From IMG/VR virus record IMGVR_UViG_3300046720_000003, positions 1 through 28,155 of that record: DNA of 28,155 nucleotides; one strand, written 5' to 3'. A program made the position numbers and the translations under genes. Origin of the DNA: a virus (lineage: Duplodnaviria; Caudoviricetes). A model generated the notes under the pieces. It did not search any database. It was not told the DNA's origin and saw nothing but the letters and a program-made list of their open reading frames with translations. Shown piece by piece: positions 1 through 7,839 of the stretch; the stretch's first letter is position 1; each line of letters opens with the position of its first letter.

Positions 1-237
1 GAGCAGCGGCGGCAGATCGGGGACCGTGCGCGGCAGACTCGCATGACGCGCGGTTTGTCCCAGGAGAAGCTGGCGGAGCGGTGCGGCCTGGACCGAAAGA
101 CCATTAGCCGCGTCGAGACGGGCTCCACATCTCTGCTCCTGGATCGTCTCCTGCGCATCGCGCGGGCGCTGGACGTGCCCGCGGCGCTCCTGCTCACCCC
201 GCTGGGCCCTGACGAGACGTGGCCGCCCCCTCACTGA
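1..237 (+). CDS. XRE/HTH_3 transcriptional regulator, 5'-truncated by the window
   Basis: Frame open from base 1 (EQRRQIGDRARQTRMTRGLSQEKLAERCGLDRKTISRVETG), a classic XRE HTH signature. Confidence 0.85.
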   Translation, partial: EQRRQIGDRARQTRMTRGLSQEKLAERCGLDRKTISRVETGSTSLLLDRLLRIARALDVPAALLLTPLGPDETWPPPH

Positions 238-245
238 CAGGGCAG

Positions 246-551
246 TTACCTGCGCACTACTGCGGCCAGGAGCACGAGGGGTACGACGATCCAGCTCGCG
301 AGGATGGCCAGGGCTCCGCCGTGGTAGCGGGCTTGGCGCAGCCGTGCCCGTACCCGGCTCGCCGGCGGCTTGCCTGCGTGGTGGGCCTCCCTCCGGGCGA
401 GAGCTGCCGTGATCCGCCGCCGCGTGTCCTCGCCGAGCTGCTGCACGAGCCCTGCGGGCGGGCCGGCGGCGATGGCGCGGCGTATCGCATCCGAGCGGAC
501 CCTCCGCGGCAATGGCGCTCGCGTGCCGCGCGCGCACGCCTGGGCGGTCAC
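246..551 (-). CDS. Hypothetical protein with C-terminal TM helix
   Basis: GTG start overlaps the upstream stop (GTGA at 548-551); hydrophobic C-terminus ALAILASWIVVPLVLLAAVV. Confidence 0.5.
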   Translation of the reverse strand: MTAQACARGTRAPLPRRVRSDAIRRAIAAGPPAGLVQQLGEDTRRRITAALARREAHHAGKPPASRVRARLRQARYHGGALAILASWIVVPLVLLAAVVRR

Positions 552-793
552 CGGTCGGCCTGCCGTTCGCGGCACTGGGGGCATTCGCACAGCGGGAACC
601 GGTCATGCGGCTGAAGGGCCGTGGTCCCCGCCATCGTGGTTGGCTCCCGCACGGTCGTCCGCTCCCCGGTGGCCCGGTTGATGCTGTATACGCCGATGGT
701 GATGTAGGTCGGCGTCTGCCCGTCGGCCGGGAATCCGGCCGCGGCGGCGAGGTGCGTGCGGCGGGCCCGGTCGTCGTCGGTGCGCCCGGTCAC
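548..793 (-). CDS. Small hypothetical protein with C-terminal CxCxxC motif
   Basis: GTGA overlap at 790-793; ends FPLCECPQCR. Confidence 0.6.
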   Translation of the reverse strand: MTGRTDDDRARRTHLAAAAGFPADGQTPTYITIGVYSINRATGERTTVREPTTMAGTTALQPHDRFPLCECPQCRERQADR

Positions 794-1035
794 GAGGTAC
801 CGGTGTCGCCGTAGATCAGCTGGTCGAGGTGGGCGCGGAGCTCGGCGGCTTCGTCCAGGGTCATGGTCAGGCTGGCGTCGGCGACGTGCCGGCCGTTCCG
901 GCTCAGCCACAGCGGGAGTTCGATGCGTCCGGTCTCGGTGCGGTGCGCGGGCCGGCCGGGGATGCGTTCGATCCGCCAGCAGTTGGCGGGCTTGGTGGAC
1001 GCGCCGGCACGCGCTTTTCGCTGAGTGGTCGTCAT
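790..1035 (-). CDS. Small hypothetical protein, first gene of the operon divergent from the HTH-TPR regulator
   Basis: 81-aa ATG ORF heading a chain of GTGA-coupled genes. Confidence 0.65.
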   Translation of the reverse strand: MTTTQRKARAGASTKPANCWRIERIPGRPAHRTETGRIELPLWLSRNGRHVADASLTMTLDEAAELRAHLDQLIYGDTGTS

Positions 1036-1172
1036 GTCATCGAGGAAACTGGAAGTGTCCGGTACTCCATCAGGTCAGAAGATGCCCACTTCAGCGCCGC
1101 TGACCGGACGGTTTTACCTATCGTAGAGAGGCCGTCGCACACCGTCAGAACCAGCGCACCCCAGGGGTCGGC

Positions 1173-2402
1173 ATGCCCAAGCAGCGCAACGCCACGTTAG
1201 AAGCCCTGCTCCACGAGTACGGCTACAGTCACCAGCAGCTCGCCGACGAGGTCAACCACGTCGCCGGGATGATGTTCGACAAGCCGACGGCGTGCACCGA
1301 CCGGCACGTGCGCCGCTGGATATCCGGTGACGTCCGCTGGCCATGGACCCGGTACCTCCTCCCGCTGCAAGAGATTTTCGGCCGCGGTCCTGAAGCTCTC
1401 GGGTTCATCCCGCGCGGGAAGACCACGCGGCTCCCCGCGCCACCACAGCGCCCGGCGGCCGCCGGGCAAGCGGCACAGGCCGTGCAGCGCCGCACGTTCA
1501 TCGCCGATGCCCTGGCCGCCACGCTGGGAACCGACCAAGCCCCGCAGCGCGGACGGCTCGGACAGGGCGACGTGGACAGGATCGAGAGCACCATCACCCG
1601 CATGGACGCGCACTTCAACGGGTTGGGTGGAGGCGCCATGATCGAGGTCGCCGGCGACTATCTGCAACGCCTCCACCACTCCCTCGACCACTGCACCTAC
1701 GGCCCCCGGGTCGAGCAGGCTCTGTGCCGGGCGATCAGCGCCGTGGCGTCCTGCGCCGGGTGGTCCGCCCACGACTGCGGCCGGTACGAGCAGGCCGCGC
1801 GCCTGCGCGGCGACGCTCTGCAGGCCGCCCTCCTCGCCCAGGACCAGCAGGGGCAGGCCCGCGCATGGTCCGACCTCGCCGCGCAGGCGGAGAACGTAGG
1901 GCGCCCGGGGGAGGCGGCGCGTATCAACAGGGCTGCCCTGGGGGAGCGGCACGTCAAGCGGCACCCGCTGATGGCCGCTTTACTGCACGCCCGGCTCGCG
2001 GACTGCCTGAGCGCCACTGGGGACTTGGCGGGTATGGGCCGTCACCTCGCCGCCGCCGAGCGGGCCTATGACCGGGCAGACGGTGTCACCGCGGCGAGTT
2101 GGCTGGCGTTTCTCGGCCCCGCTGAGTTGTCCGGGCTCGCGGCGATCGCGCACCGGAGCGCCGGGCGGTACGCCCAGGCCGAGAGGCTCGCCGCGCAGGC
2201 AGTCGCCCTGATCGGCCCCAGATTCCCCCGAAACCGCCTCTACTACAGGGTGCTGCTCGCTGAGCTCCAGCTGGCCCAGGGGGAGGTGGAGCGGGCTGCG
2301 GCTACGGCGGCCAGTGTGCCGGTCGGCGCTGTCGCCAGCAGTCGTATCACCGGCCGTCTGGACCGGGTGACGGCTGCGCTACGGTCGGGTGAGGGCCCGT
2401 GA
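1173..2402 (+). CDS. XRE-HTH/TPR-like Streptomyces regulator (NsdA-like architecture); two in-frame TTA codons
   Basis: N-terminal HTH (YSHQQLADEVN...RHVRRWISG..WP), RRTF linker, Ala-rich helical repeats; TTA at 1197-1199 and 1980-1982. Confidence 0.8.
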   Translation: MPKQRNATLEALLHEYGYSHQQLADEVNHVAGMMFDKPTACTDRHVRRWISGDVRWPWTRYLLPLQEIFGRGPEALGFIPRGKTTRLPAPPQRPAAAGQAAQAVQRRTFIADALAATLGTDQAPQRGRLGQGDVDRIESTITRMDAHFNGLGGGAMIEVAGDYLQRLHHSLDHCTYGPRVEQALCRAISAVASCAGWSAHDCGRYEQAARLRGDALQAALLAQDQQGQARAWSDLAAQAENVGRPGEAARINRAALGERHVKRHPLMAALLHARLADCLSATGDLAGMGRHLAAAERAYDRADGVTAASWLAFLGPAELSGLAAIAHRSAGRYAQAERLAAQAVALIGPRFPRNRLYYRVLLAELQLAQGEVERAAATAASVPVGAVASSRITGRLDRVTAALRSGEGP

Positions 2403-2944
2403 CCGGCGTCGGCGTCGACCTGCGACGCTACAGGTCGCCGGAGGTCGGCGCGATCCGTGAGCTGCTGCTGGATGTGCACGATGAGGTGTACGCCGACAGC
2501 GGTGATCCGCTCGCCGGACGCCAGGAGTTCGCCGGGTTCCTTGACCATTGGGCCGCGCGGGACGGCTTCGTGTGCGTGGTCGCCTACGAAGCCGGACAGG
2601 TCGTCGGCTACGGCTACGGGGCGCCGCTCACCACGGGGTCGGCCTGGTGGTCCACGGTCGAGCCTCGCCCGGATCCGGGGTTCGCTGCCGAGACGGGTGC
2701 GCGGACCTTCGCCTTGTCTGAGCTGATGGTCCGTGCGCCGTGGCGTGGTACGGGTGCGGCCCGGCGGATCCATGACGAGCTGCTCATCGGCCGGGGTGAG
2801 GAGCGGGTGACGCTGCTGGTGCATAAGGCGCATCCGAAGGTGCGGGCGCTGTATGAGAGGTGGGGGTATCGGCTGGTTGGTGAGATGACGCCGTCGTTCC
2901 CGAACGCGCCGCGCTTGTGCGCGATGGTGCTGAGGCTGCGCTGA
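2399..2944 (+). CDS. GNAT family N-acetyltransferase
   Basis: Acetyl-CoA motif A (ELMVRAPWRGTGAARR) and ALYERWGY; GTGA-coupled to the regulator. Confidence 0.9.
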   Translation: MTGVGVDLRRYRSPEVGAIRELLLDVHDEVYADSGDPLAGRQEFAGFLDHWAARDGFVCVVAYEAGQVVGYGYGAPLTTGSAWWSTVEPRPDPGFAAETGARTFALSELMVRAPWRGTGAARRIHDELLIGRGEERVTLLVHKAHPKVRALYERWGYRLVGEMTPSFPNAPRLCAMVLRLR

Positions 2945-2995
2945 GCGGCGAGGGCTGACTGTCCGGCGGATCGTTAGCCTTGCCCACGATAATCG

Positions 2996-3640
2996 TCAAG
3001 CGGGGGTCTGCCATCTCCGGACGCCGAATCTGGCGTTTTCCCGGCGCGCGTTGAACAGGAGGTGTACGAGATTGGACTCGTATGGCCAGCGAGCCACACC
3101 GCTATCCCTCCACAGATGCAGCAGGGTGCAGCTCGGCATGCTGTACCCGACTTCCAACGGGACGCAGGCCGACGGAACCAACTGCGGCATATAGACCGGA
3201 TTTGTCCCGCAATCCTGCACCAGTCCTAGACCGGTCGACCGCGACGCCCGGATAGGGTCAGGCCACCAGAACCGGCCGTCCGCCTCTGCTCCGTTCTGGA
3301 CCATGTCCAAGCGGGCTCGAAAAGCTTCGTGCAGGCCCTCTAGCTTCGCCGCGTTGCCCTCGCGGTCTACGTCTGAACCTGGCTCGGCGCCTACGATGAT
3401 CGGCACGTGAACGAACTCGCCGCTCATGAGGCCGATGTGCGTGCGCTGGTAGGCGGCCATCTGTTCCGCTGGCCAGTAGGCCGGAGCGCGCTGGGTCTGG
3501 CCGATCGCCGCCGTGTACTCCTCGTTGTAGTCGCCGCGGCGGAATGCCGCGCGCTGATCAGCTATCTGCTCCGGCAGCCCGATCTGCCGGAGCATCTTGT
3601 CGAGCAGTGCGGTCGCCATGTCCTCGTGGATGGTGCTCAA
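2996..3640 (-). CDS. Hypothetical protein (214 aa), visibly lower GC than the flanks
   Basis: TTG start with GGGAG RBS, 24 nt downstream of the recombinase stop. Confidence 0.65.
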   Translation of the reverse strand: MSTIHEDMATALLDKMLRQIGLPEQIADQRAAFRRGDYNEEYTAAIGQTQRAPAYWPAEQMAAYQRTHIGLMSGEFVHVPIIVGAEPGSDVDREGNAAKLEGLHEAFRARLDMVQNGAEADGRFWWPDPIRASRSTGLGLVQDCGTNPVYMPQLVPSACVPLEVGYSMPSCTLLHLWRDSGVARWPYESNLVHLLFNARRENARFGVRRWQTPA

Positions 3641-3664
3641 CTGCCTGTCTCCCTGTCTGTCTGC

Positions 3665-4681
3665 TCAGAGCCCGATGTCCTCGGACGCGGCGTCGGTCCA
3701 CTTGTCGGCTTCGCGGATGTAGCCCCAGAAGGCGGGGCTGTTCTCGGCGTGGCCGGACTGGGCGCGGATCTTCTCTTCGCGCCTGCCTGCGATCCTCGAG
3801 GTCGTGATGAACCCAGCTCGCATGCTGTGGCCCGTCAGGCGGACGGCGATCCCGGCGCGCTCGGCGTTGCGGGCGATGATCTCTCGGCAGGCTTCGGGTG
3901 AGAGGTTCCTCGAGCCGAGGTTGCCCCATACGTCGATGGGCAGGAATGCCGGGCCGCTCATGATGCCGCTCGAGCTTTTCCATGTGGACCAGGCGCGGAC
4001 GGGGCAGGTGTCGGGGTTCTTGCCGTAGGCGACGACGATGTCTCGAGCGGGGCGGCCTTTGACGGAGGGGACGTGTACCTCGAGGCCCATGCTCGAGAGG
4101 ACGATGCCTTCGGCGGTGAGGGCGGCGACTTCGGCGGAGCGGCCTGCGATGCCAAACGCCATGAGCCAGAGCGCGCGGTCACGGAGGCCCGTCAGGCTCG
4201 AGGGTGCGGCGGCACTCATCTGCCGCAGCTGCTCAGTGGTGGCGGCTGACGCTTGGCCGCGTCCTCGAGCTTGGCGTTCGGGGTCGAGCTTGAGCGGCTT
4301 GAGGGCTTGGCGTGCTGCAACGGTGGCGGCTTTGGGGACTTCGACGCCTTGGGCTCGAGCGGTGACGGTGACGCCGGTAATCCGCCGGTCGATGCTGTTG
4401 GGTGCGGCGAGCTTGATGGTGTCGAGCCAGACGACGAAGCCGACGAGCGTGCCCTTGGTGACGGCGGTCAACGGCAGGCGGTGACCGGTCCGTTCGGCGA
4501 GCCAGGCGTGGAACTCCTTCCAGAGATCCCAGTCGTTCTCGTAGCCGCGCCTTGTGTTCTTGGGGATCAGGCTGTCCAGGTGCTGCTCGGCTGCCTTCTC
4601 TATGGCGGCCAGGACGGCGAGCGTCGCAGCGTCGTAGACGGCGGGTGCGGCGTTTGTCTGGCGCGGGACGAGGTCAGGCAT
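3665..4681 (-). CDS. Cre-like tyrosine recombinase (338 aa)
   Basis: Catalytic residues R (GRSAEVA), K (VKGR), HxxR (GHSMRAG), H (SGH), Y (WGYIR); SAM-like N-terminal domain (NTRRGYENDW); ATG at 4681 preferred over 4759. Confidence 0.9.
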   Translation of the reverse strand: MPDLVPRQTNAAPAVYDAATLAVLAAIEKAAEQHLDSLIPKNTRRGYENDWDLWKEFHAWLAERTGHRLPLTAVTKGTLVGFVVWLDTIKLAAPNSIDRRITGVTVTARAQGVEVPKAATVAARQALKPLKLDPERQARGRGQASAATTEQLRQMSAAAPSSLTGLRDRALWLMAFGIAGRSAEVAALTAEGIVLSSMGLEVHVPSVKGRPARDIVVAYGKNPDTCPVRAWSTWKSSSGIMSGPAFLPIDVWGNLGSRNLSPEACREIIARNAERAGIAVRLTGHSMRAGFITTSRIAGRREEKIRAQSGHAENSPAFWGYIREADKWTDAASEDIGL

Positions 4682-4898
4682 CGCCGCATCCCCTCGCGCG
4701 CAGCCAGTTCTCGCCGTCAAGGTCCCACTGGAGACGATCGAGGGCGTCGTCGTAACCATCCTCTACGCAGGTGTCGCACCAGGCTTCATGCTGCCCGGCG
4801 TGACCTTGAAGCAGATCGCATACGGCCACGCCATGTTGGTGCTCCAATTCGGCGGAGCAGCGAGCCGAGAGAGACCGTTCGATGGGATCTTGAGACAT
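4674..4898 (-). CDS. Small Cys/His-rich hypothetical protein (74 aa)
   Basis: 3' part of the 4674..5333 ORF from ATG 4898; C-x-L-xx-GH-x-G-x-H motif plus CxxC; overlaps the recombinase start by 8 nt. Confidence 0.5.
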   Translation of the reverse strand: MSQDPIERSLSARCSAELEHQHGVAVCDLLQGHAGQHEAWCDTCVEDGYDDALDRLQWDLDGENWLRARGCGDA

Positions 4899-4943
4899 GC
4901 CCAATTCTACCATTTCCGACGCTTGATATGGCATGTTATCAAG
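4889..4943. promoter_or_regulatory. Inverted-repeat site upstream of the recombinase (candidate recombination or binding site)
   Basis: CTTGATA-N8-TATCAAG at 4922-4943; related copy CTTGAGACATGCC at 4889-4901. Confidence 0.4.
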
Positions 4944-5009
4944 GGCGGTGGCCGCCACGCTGCCCGGACCGGTCCCGGGCCTGTCATCGGCGGCGCCTAG
5001 GATTGGCGG

Positions 5010-5228
5010 ATGCCCAAGCCGCCCCCGATCCCTGCCCTTGCCCCGACGTTTGGTGAGTTGGTGGAGTGGGTGCGCGCGTTGGACGCCGCCGATGAGGCGG
5101 TGCGCGCGTTCGTCCGCGGGCGGCGTGATGCGTGGGACCGGGATGCGCAAGACGAGCTCGACCGGCTGCGTGGCCGGTATCTGGCGGCGGAGGCGCGGCT
5201 GCGGGAGCACCTGGGCCAGGCGGCCTGA
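5010..5228 (+). CDS. Small helical hypothetical protein (72 aa)
   Basis: ATG ORF followed directly by a GC-rich hairpin. Confidence 0.6.
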   Translation: MPKPPPIPALAPTFGELVEWVRALDAADEAVRAFVRGRRDAWDRDAQDELDRLRGRYLAAEARLREHLGQAA

Positions 5229-5230
5229 TC

Positions 5231-5270
5231 GCCCCCCGCGTGGCGACGGGGGATGCGACGCGCGGGGGGC
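5231..5270 (+). terminator. GC-rich stem-loop, probable terminator
   Basis: GCCCCCCGCG...CGCGGGGGGC 10-bp stem 2 nt after the stop. Confidence 0.5.
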
Positions 5271-5337
5271 TCGGGTCCAAGTGTGAGGGATGGCGGGTGG
5301 GGTGGGGGTGGGTTGTGCGGGAGATGACCCCAAGGGC

Positions 5338-5366
5338 TTGCGCTTCCTAATTTAGGAAGCTAAGAT
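5338..5366 (+). promoter_or_regulatory. Sigma70/HrdB-type promoter with palindromic operator
   Basis: TTGCGC-N17-TAAGAT; perfect inverted repeat GCTTCCTAA-T-TTAGGAAGC at 5342-5360. Confidence 0.8.
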
Positions 5367-5420
5367 TGTTGTCACGAGGTCAGGGGAGCAGCCCCAGACC
5401 CGGACCGGAAGGACCCGGCC

Positions 5421-5603
5421 ATGAACCGTCAGGACATCGCCCACCAGGTCTCCACCACCCTCGCAGACCACAGCGAGGACTTCGACATCGACGCGATCGT
5501 GGACGACCTCATCGCGAACCATGACGGTGACCTGAACAGCATCGACGACTTCGACTCCCAGGGCTACTGGGCCATCGTCGAGTCCCACGACCTCACCGCC
5601 TGA
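5421..5603 (+). CDS. Very acidic 60-aa protein (candidate anti-defence protein or DNA mimic)
   Basis: GAAGGA RBS; 15 D/E versus 1 R and 0 K; good high-GC codon usage. Confidence 0.8.
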   Translation: MNRQDIAHQVSTTLADHSEDFDIDAIVDDLIANHDGDLNSIDDFDSQGYWAIVESHDLTA

Positions 5604-5662
5604 TCCACTCACCCATGGGCCTCGCCGGAACGAGGCCCTTGGGTGTACCGAGAGGCCTCACC

Positions 5663-6085
5663 GTGCCCGACTACACCGACCCGCCCGGCATGCCCGACGA
5701 CGAGCGCATGACCCCGGCAGAACTCAAGGTCATCCGCGAATTCCTGGGGCTCTCAGGCGCCGCCCTCGCCGCCTACCTGAAAGTCTCCGGCCGCACCGTC
5801 CGCCACTGGGAGGAGGGCAAGTACCCCATCCCCGACGGGGCGCGCCTCGCGATCGAGGACCTGGAGGCGCAGACCGGCGAATTCGTCTCCAGCTCCATCG
5901 AGCAGCTGATGGACCTGCCCGACCCGGGGGTCGTCACCTACCGGACGGATAAGGAGTATCACGCCGCGCACCCGGATGTGCCGTATCCCGCATCGTGGCA
6001 CCGCGCCGTGATCGCTCGGATCGCTCAGGAAGTGCCCGGCCTGGAAATCGCCTACGCCGAGGTCGCCGAAACCGCCGGACGATGA
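5663..6085 (+). CDS. HTH protein, Aca2/YdiL (DUF1870)-like
   Basis: MTPAELKVIREFLGLS...VSGRTVRHWEEGKYPIPDG; GTG at 5663 with GAGAGG RBS (ATGs at 5690 and 5708 are alternative starts). Confidence 0.75.
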   Translation: MPDYTDPPGMPDDERMTPAELKVIREFLGLSGAALAAYLKVSGRTVRHWEEGKYPIPDGARLAIEDLEAQTGEFVSSSIEQLMDLPDPGVVTYRTDKEYHAAHPDVPYPASWHRAVIARIAQEVPGLEIAYAEVAETAGR

Positions 6086-6150
6086 GAGTCCTGCCGCCCC
6101 GCACCGTCACCCCAACCGCAGGGCCTCGCCCTGCAGAAAGCGAGACCGTC

Positions 6151-6528
6151 ATGACCAGCACCGAACGCGTCCTCCCGACCATCGAACAGGGCCTCACGTG
6201 GGCCGGGTATCACCGCGGCTGGGCCCTCGGCCACGAGGGCGTCAAGGCTGACGCCCCCGACCAGCTGCCGCGGGATGTCCGGGTGAAGGCGGACACCGAA
6301 CTGATCCTGCTGCCGCATCACCGGCAGGACCCCGCCCTGAAGGCCATCTACCGAGAGGCATTCGAAGAAGGCAATACGGATGGGTTGCTCTGGATGCCCG
6401 CGGGGGGCAACCCCAACCACCACCCCATGTACGTGAAGGGGCACGCAGCTGCCCAAGCCGCGGAGAAGGCGTGGGAGAAGCGGGACATTCCCGCCCTCGC
6501 CAGCCTCGCCAGCGAACTGGCCCGCTGA
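6151..6528 (+). CDS. Hypothetical protein (125 aa)
   Basis: ATG after a GAAAG RBS; followed by a terminator. Confidence 0.7.
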   Translation: MTSTERVLPTIEQGLTWAGYHRGWALGHEGVKADAPDQLPRDVRVKADTELILLPHHRQDPALKAIYREAFEEGNTDGLLWMPAGGNPNHHPMYVKGHAAAQAAEKAWEKRDIPALASLASELAR

Positions 6529-6542
6529 CCCCGCAGACGACG

Positions 6543-6577
6543 AAAAGCGGCCCGCCCCCGGTGAGGGGCGGGCCGCT
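6543..6577. terminator. Intrinsic terminator, possibly bidirectional
   Basis: 13-bp perfect stem AGCGGCCCGCCCC/GGGGCGGGCCGCT, 6-nt loop, A-tract on the left. Confidence 0.75.
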
Positions 6578-6627
6578 GTGGTGCGCGGTCAGGAGACGGT
6601 CGGATGGCCCTGGTTAGGGCTTCCGAG

Positions 6628-6656
6628 TTGACTTCCGCACACCATGTGCGTATGTT
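6628..6656 (+). promoter_or_regulatory. Sigma70/HrdB-type promoter with palindromic operator
   Basis: TTGACT-N17-TATGTT; inverted repeat CGCACA-CCA-TGTGCG at 6636-6650. Confidence 0.8.
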
Positions 6657-6690
6657 GAGAGTGTCAGAACGAAGTCGAAAGGGGCACACC

Positions 6691-7089
6691 ATGGCCGTCT
6701 TCTACCGCGTCCACTGGGACGACTGCCCCGAGCTCTCCGCCGACAACGCCTGGTCCGCCCTCTGGGGAGCCACCCGCAGCGCCGACGGCACCCGCACCGA
6801 ATGCCGCGACTGCGACGGCGAAGGCGAACTCGCGGGCGGGACCTGCGACGCCTGCCGCGGCGAGGGCTGGGAGGACTGCGTCCCCGGCTACAGCGCTTGC
6901 GATACTCCCGAAGAGCTCATCGAGTACTTCGACCGACCCGGCATGGAGCCCTGGCACGAGCAGGTCGTCGTTTTCGAGGGCCGTCAGGTCGGCACCGGCG
7001 CCGATGGGGAGCCCACCGCTGTCCCCGAGCGCGTCATCGAAACCATGACTTGGGAAGGGTTCCTCGCCCGCCACAAGGAGACGCCGTGA
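6691..7089 (+). CDS. Acidic 132-aa protein with a DnaJ-type zinc-finger pair (CxxCxGxG x2)
   Basis: AAAGGGG RBS; CRDCDGEG and CDACRGEG. Confidence 0.8.
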   Translation: MAVFYRVHWDDCPELSADNAWSALWGATRSADGTRTECRDCDGEGELAGGTCDACRGEGWEDCVPGYSACDTPEELIEYFDRPGMEPWHEQVVVFEGRQVGTGADGEPTAVPERVIETMTWEGFLARHKETP

Positions 7090-7286
7090 TCACCACCGCC
7101 CGCGAGTGCGCTGAGCGCTGGGGGATCAGCCCGGCCCGCGCCCGCCGCATCCTCGCCCCCGTCCAGCCCGTCGGCCGCGATACGGCCAGTGGGGCCATGC
7201 TGTATGACCATGCCACGGCTGAGGCCGCCCGCGCTGCCATGCCCGGCCAGGGTGCCCGTACCGATCTCGCCCCCGCCGCAGACTGA
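7086..7286 (+). CDS. Small HTH DNA-binding protein (66 aa)
   Basis: GTGA-coupled; TTARECAERWGISPARARRIL HTH and C-terminal PGQGARTDL motif. Confidence 0.7.
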   Translation: MITTARECAERWGISPARARRILAPVQPVGRDTASGAMLYDHATAEAARAAMPGQGARTDLAPAAD

Positions 7287-7301
7287 CGGCGCCGCCGTAT
7301 T

Positions 7302-7641
7302 TCACGGCTGCCGCAGGCTCCAGTTGCGGACCATCTGCCGCAGGCCCGGGGTGTCGACGCTGGTGAATTTGCCGCCTCCAGCCGAGCTGGTGTAGCCGCC
7401 GGACGGGCTGCACATGACGGGCAGGTAGCCGTAAGCCGTGCGCTCGCACTCATACGGTTCCACGATGCCGTCCCGGTCCAAATCCCGGTTGGGGTGGCCG
7501 AGGGCGAGGTGCCCGAGTTCGTGGGTGACCGCGTTGCGGCGCCGGGCCTCGTTGACCACCGCGTCCGGCGGCGGCCTGGGCGGGTGCGGCAGCGAGCAGG
7601 ACAGCCGCCGCGGTGACGGTGGCGAGCGCGCGGATGCGCAT
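7302..7641 (-). pseudogene. Internally deleted secreted zinc metalloprotease (metzincin-like)
   Basis: Signal peptide MRIRALATVTAAAVLLAAAPAQA is out of frame with a fragment carrying HELGHLALGH and a Met-turn-like PVMC. Confidence 0.65.
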
Positions 7642-7674
7642 GGGTGCCTCCAGGGGTGCTGCAGAAATGGCGAA

Positions 7675-7713
7675 GCCCCCGCCGCTCACCCTTGAAGGCG
7701 AGACGGCGGGGGC
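7675..7713 (-). terminator. Stem-loop terminator
   Basis: GCCCCCGCCG...CGGCGGGGGC outer stem with further inner pairing. Confidence 0.6.
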
Positions 7714-7725
7714 GGGGTGCGCGCC

Positions 7726-7785
7726 TCAGAGGAGGCACAGCGCTACGGCGACGTTGAGTGCGACGTGCACGGCGACGGCCAGCAT
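7726..7785 (-). CDS. 19-aa hydrophobic peptide MLAVAVHVALNVAVALCLL (below the ORF-track cutoff)
   Basis: Strong SD GGAGGTGA before the ATG; terminator immediately downstream. Confidence 0.6.
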   Translation of the reverse strand: MLAVAVHVALNVAVALCLL

Positions 7786-7839
7786 GGAATCACCTCCCCC
7801 CCATCGGTCGGAGGAGGGGGGCGGGGCGGATGCTGCAGC

